A stretch of 64,000 nt of DNA from an uncultured Bacteroidales bacterium (lineage in GTDB: Bacteria > Bacteroidota > Bacteroidia > Bacteroidales > B18-G4). The position numbers and the translations under genes were made by a program. Under the pieces are notes generated by a model. That model was given only the letters and a program-made list of their open reading frames with translations, made no database searches and was not told where the DNA came from. The stretch lies in NCBI GenBank assembly GCA_963753835.1, contig CAVWDP010000003.1, forward strand, positions 162,276-226,275. The letters run 5' to 3'. How positions within the stretch are numbered: the first letter of the stretch is position 1; each line of letters starts with the position of its first letter. Below are positions 60,972 through 64,000 of this stretch, piece by piece.

Positions 60972-63116
60972 TTATGGAATTTCGTATGGGACCTCAATCC
61001 TGATATCCTCTGATGATGCACCGATCAGGAGCTGATATTGGCCTTCGGGAAGCATGTAGCAGGCCTTATCAATATCCCACCTTTTCAAATAATCTTTCTC
61101 AATGTACATGATGACTTCCCGTTTTTCTCCAGGATTCAGGCCAATTCTCTCGAAATGAACCAGGGTTTTTATTGGGGTTCCGGGAGCTGAGCCAGGATGT
61201 TTACAGTATACCTGGATTACTTCAAAGCCTGCCACGTTGCCGGTGTTCTCAATCGTCATTCTTAGCAACAAATATCCATTGTCATAATTCTGAATGTGCG
61301 CAGGCCCATATTCATAAGTACTGTAAGACAATCCATGCCCAAAGGGGTATAATACTTTCCCTTTGAAGAAACGATATGTCCGGCCAGCCATGCTGTAATC
61401 ATCGAAAGGAGGGAGGTCGTCGGTGCTTTTATAAAATGTAACAGGAAGCCGGCCTGAAGGATTTTTGTCACCAAAAATGATATCAGCCACTGCATTACCC
61501 CCTTCTTCTCCCGGGTACCATGCAAACAATAATGCATCAGCCATTTTAGCCACTTCGGGCATGGCAATAGCACTGCCTCCGGTCATTACTACAACTAGCT
61601 TTTTATCGCCAATCCGTTCTTTCAGTTTCCGGATGTATTCCACCTGGTTTTCCGGCAGCTCAATACGGGTTCGGTCACCGCCTTCCAGGTTCAGCATGGC
61701 ATCCCCTTGCTCACCCTCAAGTAACCGGTTGATGCCCATCACAGCAATCACTACATCTGCAAATCCTGTATGCCAGAAACCATAAAATATGCTGTCGTTG
61801 TTCAGCAATACGCCCGTGGTGTGATCTACGGCAATGGCAGGACCAGCATGTCCAACAATACCTTCGAGGATGGTCACCATCTCTCCGGAATATCCATTAT
61901 AGTTTCCCACCAGGGCAGACAGGTCGGCTGCCATGGGGCCGGTCACCAAAATTCCATTAATGCTATCCCTGTTCAAGGGTAATACACCATCATTTTTAAG
62001 CAATACAATGGATTGAACTGCTGCTTTCCGGGCCAGATCGCGATGAGCCTGGCAATTCACTACATCTAGCCCATAAGAGGCAAATGGATTCAGGCTGTCG
62101 GGATCGAACAGGCCTAATTTAAACCTGGTTTTTAGCAAAGGCTTGAGGATCTGATCTACTTTTTCTTCGGTGATCATCCCTGAATCTACAGCAGCAGGGA
62201 GATATTTATAAATATATCCACAATTCAGATTTACACCGGCATTTGCTGCCATGACTGCTGCTTCTGTCCTGGTTTCCACCACCCGGTGCCTTGCCCAGAT
62301 ATCATCGAGAGCCCAACAATCGGAAACAATATGTCCGTCGAATCCATATTCGTCTCGTAAAATATCCTGCAAAAGAAAAGGACTTCCACAGCAGGGTTCA
62401 TCATAGGTGCGGTTATAGGCACACATGACTGCCTCTACTTTGGCCCCAACAAGTTTTCGAAATGCGGGAAGGTAAGTTTCCCTGAAGTCGATCTCGCCGG
62501 GTATGGCATTGAAATGATGACGGGAGGCTTCCGGACCGCTGTGTACAACATAATGTTTGGCACAGGCAGCTGCCTTGAGGTATTTTGGATGATCTCCCTG
62601 AAGCCCATTTACGAAGGATTGGCCCATCCTTGACGTAAGGTGTGGATCTTCTCCATACGTTTCCTGCCCCCGGCCCCATCGAGGGTCGCGAAAAATATTC
62701 ACGTTGGGCGACCAGAACGAAAGTCCCATATTTTGTGCCCGATGACCTTTACGGACTGCAGCATGGTGTTTGGCCCTGGCCTCCTCAGAAATGGCTTCCG
62801 CTATGCGAAAAATTAAATCAACATTAAATGTAGCCGCCAGGCCAATAGCCTGCGGGAAAACAGTGGCTTCTCCGGCACGCCCAACCCCATGCAAACATTC
62901 GCTCCACCAATTGTAATCTGGTATTCCAAGGCGATCAATAGCCGGGCTGTTATACAGCATTAAAGAGGCTTTCTCTTCAAGGCTTAATTTCATGATCAAA
63001 TCAGTCACACGATCATCAATCGGCACTGAAGGATCCAGGTAGGGGTATGCGTAGTTTTGGGCCTGTATGCATATGGAGCCCAAAAGCAGAATAATGAAAA
63101 AGGATGTTTTTTTCAT
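60972..63116 (-). CDS. GH3 glycoside hydrolase (beta-xylosidase/glucosidase type) with Fn3-like domain
   Basis: SPNVNIFRDPRWGRGQETYGEDP, KHY, VSDC, WYPG, YPFGHGLSY. Confidence 0.95.
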   Translation of the reverse strand: MKKTSFFIILLLGSICIQAQNYAYPYLDPSVPIDDRVTDLIMKLSLEEKASLMLYNSPAIDRLGIPDYNWWSECLHGVGRAGEATVFPQAIGLAATFNVDLIFRIAEAISEEARAKHHAAVRKGHRAQNMGLSFWSPNVNIFRDPRWGRGQETYGEDPHLTSRMGQSFVNGLQGDHPKYLKAAACAKHYVVHSGPEASRHHFNAIPGEIDFRETYLPAFRKLVGAKVEAVMCAYNRTYDEPCCGSPFLLQDILRDEYGFDGHIVSDCWALDDIWARHRVVETRTEAAVMAANAGVNLNCGYIYKYLPAAVDSGMITEEKVDQILKPLLKTRFKLGLFDPDSLNPFASYGLDVVNCQAHRDLARKAAVQSIVLLKNDGVLPLNRDSINGILVTGPMAADLSALVGNYNGYSGEMVTILEGIVGHAGPAIAVDHTTGVLLNNDSIFYGFWHTGFADVVIAVMGINRLLEGEQGDAMLNLEGGDRTRIELPENQVEYIRKLKERIGDKKLVVVMTGGSAIAMPEVAKMADALLFAWYPGEEGGNAVADIIFGDKNPSGRLPVTFYKSTDDLPPFDDYSMAGRTYRFFKGKVLYPFGHGLSYSTYEYGPAHIQNYDNGYLLLRMTIENTGNVAGFEVIQVYCKHPGSAPGTPIKTLVHFERIGLNPGEKREVIMYIEKDYLKRWDIDKACYMLPEGQYQLLIGASSEDIRIEVPYEIP

Positions 63117-63137
63117 AAAATATTACATTAATCAGTG

Positions 63138-63211
63138 ATATTCGAAACTCGAAACTTGAAACTCGAAACTTGAAACTCGAGAACTGCATTTCTCGTATTC
63201 GCTCGAAATGA
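63138..63211. repeat. Heptamer array (AAACTYG) plus REP-like CGCTCGAAATGAC
   Basis: Directly visible tandem copies. Confidence 0.8.
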
Positions 63212-63220
63212 CTAAAAATA

Positions 63221-64000
63221 CTAATCTATCAAGAATGTTTCTCCATGCAATCGCAGCTCCAAAAGCATTTCCCCTTCAGTTCCTCTAAAATTGCATGATA
63301 CTTCAATCGTATTTTTTCCTGTGTTGACATTCAATATGCTCTTTTCGAGACTGATTGATTTGAGTAATTGCCAATCGGGAGAGAACACACTTGCAAACTC
63401 CCCATTGAACTTCAGGTGTTCCCCCTCATTGAGTTTCACAGGAATGGTGATCAGCCTGTTGCCGCTGATCTCAATTTCCGGATTGATCACAGTGCCCTTC
63501 TTTGAGCTTATGATGAATTTCAACATCTGTGCATTGCCTGGATTTTCAAATTCGATGGATGTGGTGACAGGCTCACCCGGTTGCCGCTGGCGGTATTCAT
63601 GAGTGATCCTGAACGTATGTATCCTTGTCAGCTGATAAGCATCATCATCACTTTTGCTCAGCCGGAATTCGTTGTTCACATCTTCCATCAGGCTTTTCTG
63701 TTCCGCGGAGAAAATGCCTTTCATGCGGGCATCCTCCCAGAGGGCGATAGCAGCCAGGATCTCATCGGTGAAGCCATTCTTTTCAAATGACTCATACGAG
63801 CTTACAAAAGCAAAACCGGCATCGAAAGCAGCTGACCTGGCAAGTAACCATTCTATATCTTCCAGGCTGGTTTCGGGTTTCATCAGGAACCAGCCCAACA
63901 TATTCGGGATGTAATTTCGGTCGAAATATTTCTGGTTCTTCAGGCGGTATTCGGTCTGGCTTTCACGGAAACCGGCATACCAGGGTTCTCCCCAGTTCAT
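63221..64000 (-). CDS. C-terminal part of a large hypothetical protein (start lies beyond the window)
   Basis: Open frame to the window edge with protein-like composition; no family recognised. Confidence 0.7.
   Translation of the reverse strand: MNWGEPWYAGFRESQTEYRLKNQKYFDRNYIPNMLGWFLMKPETSLEDIEWLLARSAAFDAGFAFVSSYESFEKNGFTDEILAAIALWEDARMKGIFSAEQKSLMEDVNNEFRLSKSDDDAYQLTRIHTFRITHEYRQRQPGEPVTTSIEFENPGNAQMLKFIISSKKGTVINPEIEISGNRLITIPVKLNEGEHLKFNGEFASVFSPDWQLLKSISLEKSILNVNTGKNTIEVSCNFRGTEGEMLLELRLHGETFLID

Noticed and set aside
115-63914. Numerous short antisense or overlapping ORFs in the track (e.g. 11323-11949, 23653-24153, 32012-32413)
   Set aside because: Shadows of well-supported genes on the opposite strand, with no recognisable motifs

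Overview
Bacteroidota chromosomal window (TAnnTTTG promoters, T9SS C-terminal sorting domains, glycosyltransferase-DUF4270-glmS and yceD-rpmF-plsX-fabH operons). Many single-base frameshifts, including in the normally essential glnS, plsX and fabH, suggest an error-prone long-read assembly. Positions 1-21945 are a minus-strand flexirubin-type (aryl polyene + dialkylresorcinol) cluster running from an FjTAL-like ammonia lyase to a GT2. It has unusual insertions: two CxxCH haem proteins, DUF1684 plus a half-size VOC between darA and darB, and a dehydratase bracketed by a 28-bp inverted repeat. Positions 22-40 kb are mostly housekeeping. The best candidate for an undescribed system lies at tRNA-Gln(CTG), 40142-42198. 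The tRNA 3' end is re-copied five times: first in ~89-bp tandem units that mimic the T-arm around a REP-like insert, then bracketing two single-gene cargo segments, with no integrase in the window. The right part holds secreted and outer-membrane proteins, an arylsulfatase, a large T9SS S8 protease with a candidate structured 5' leader, a ~285-bp structured tandem array (59715-60949) and a GH3. Short 7-9-mer arrays occur in many intergenic gaps. All calls come from motif recognition by eye; no database search was run.
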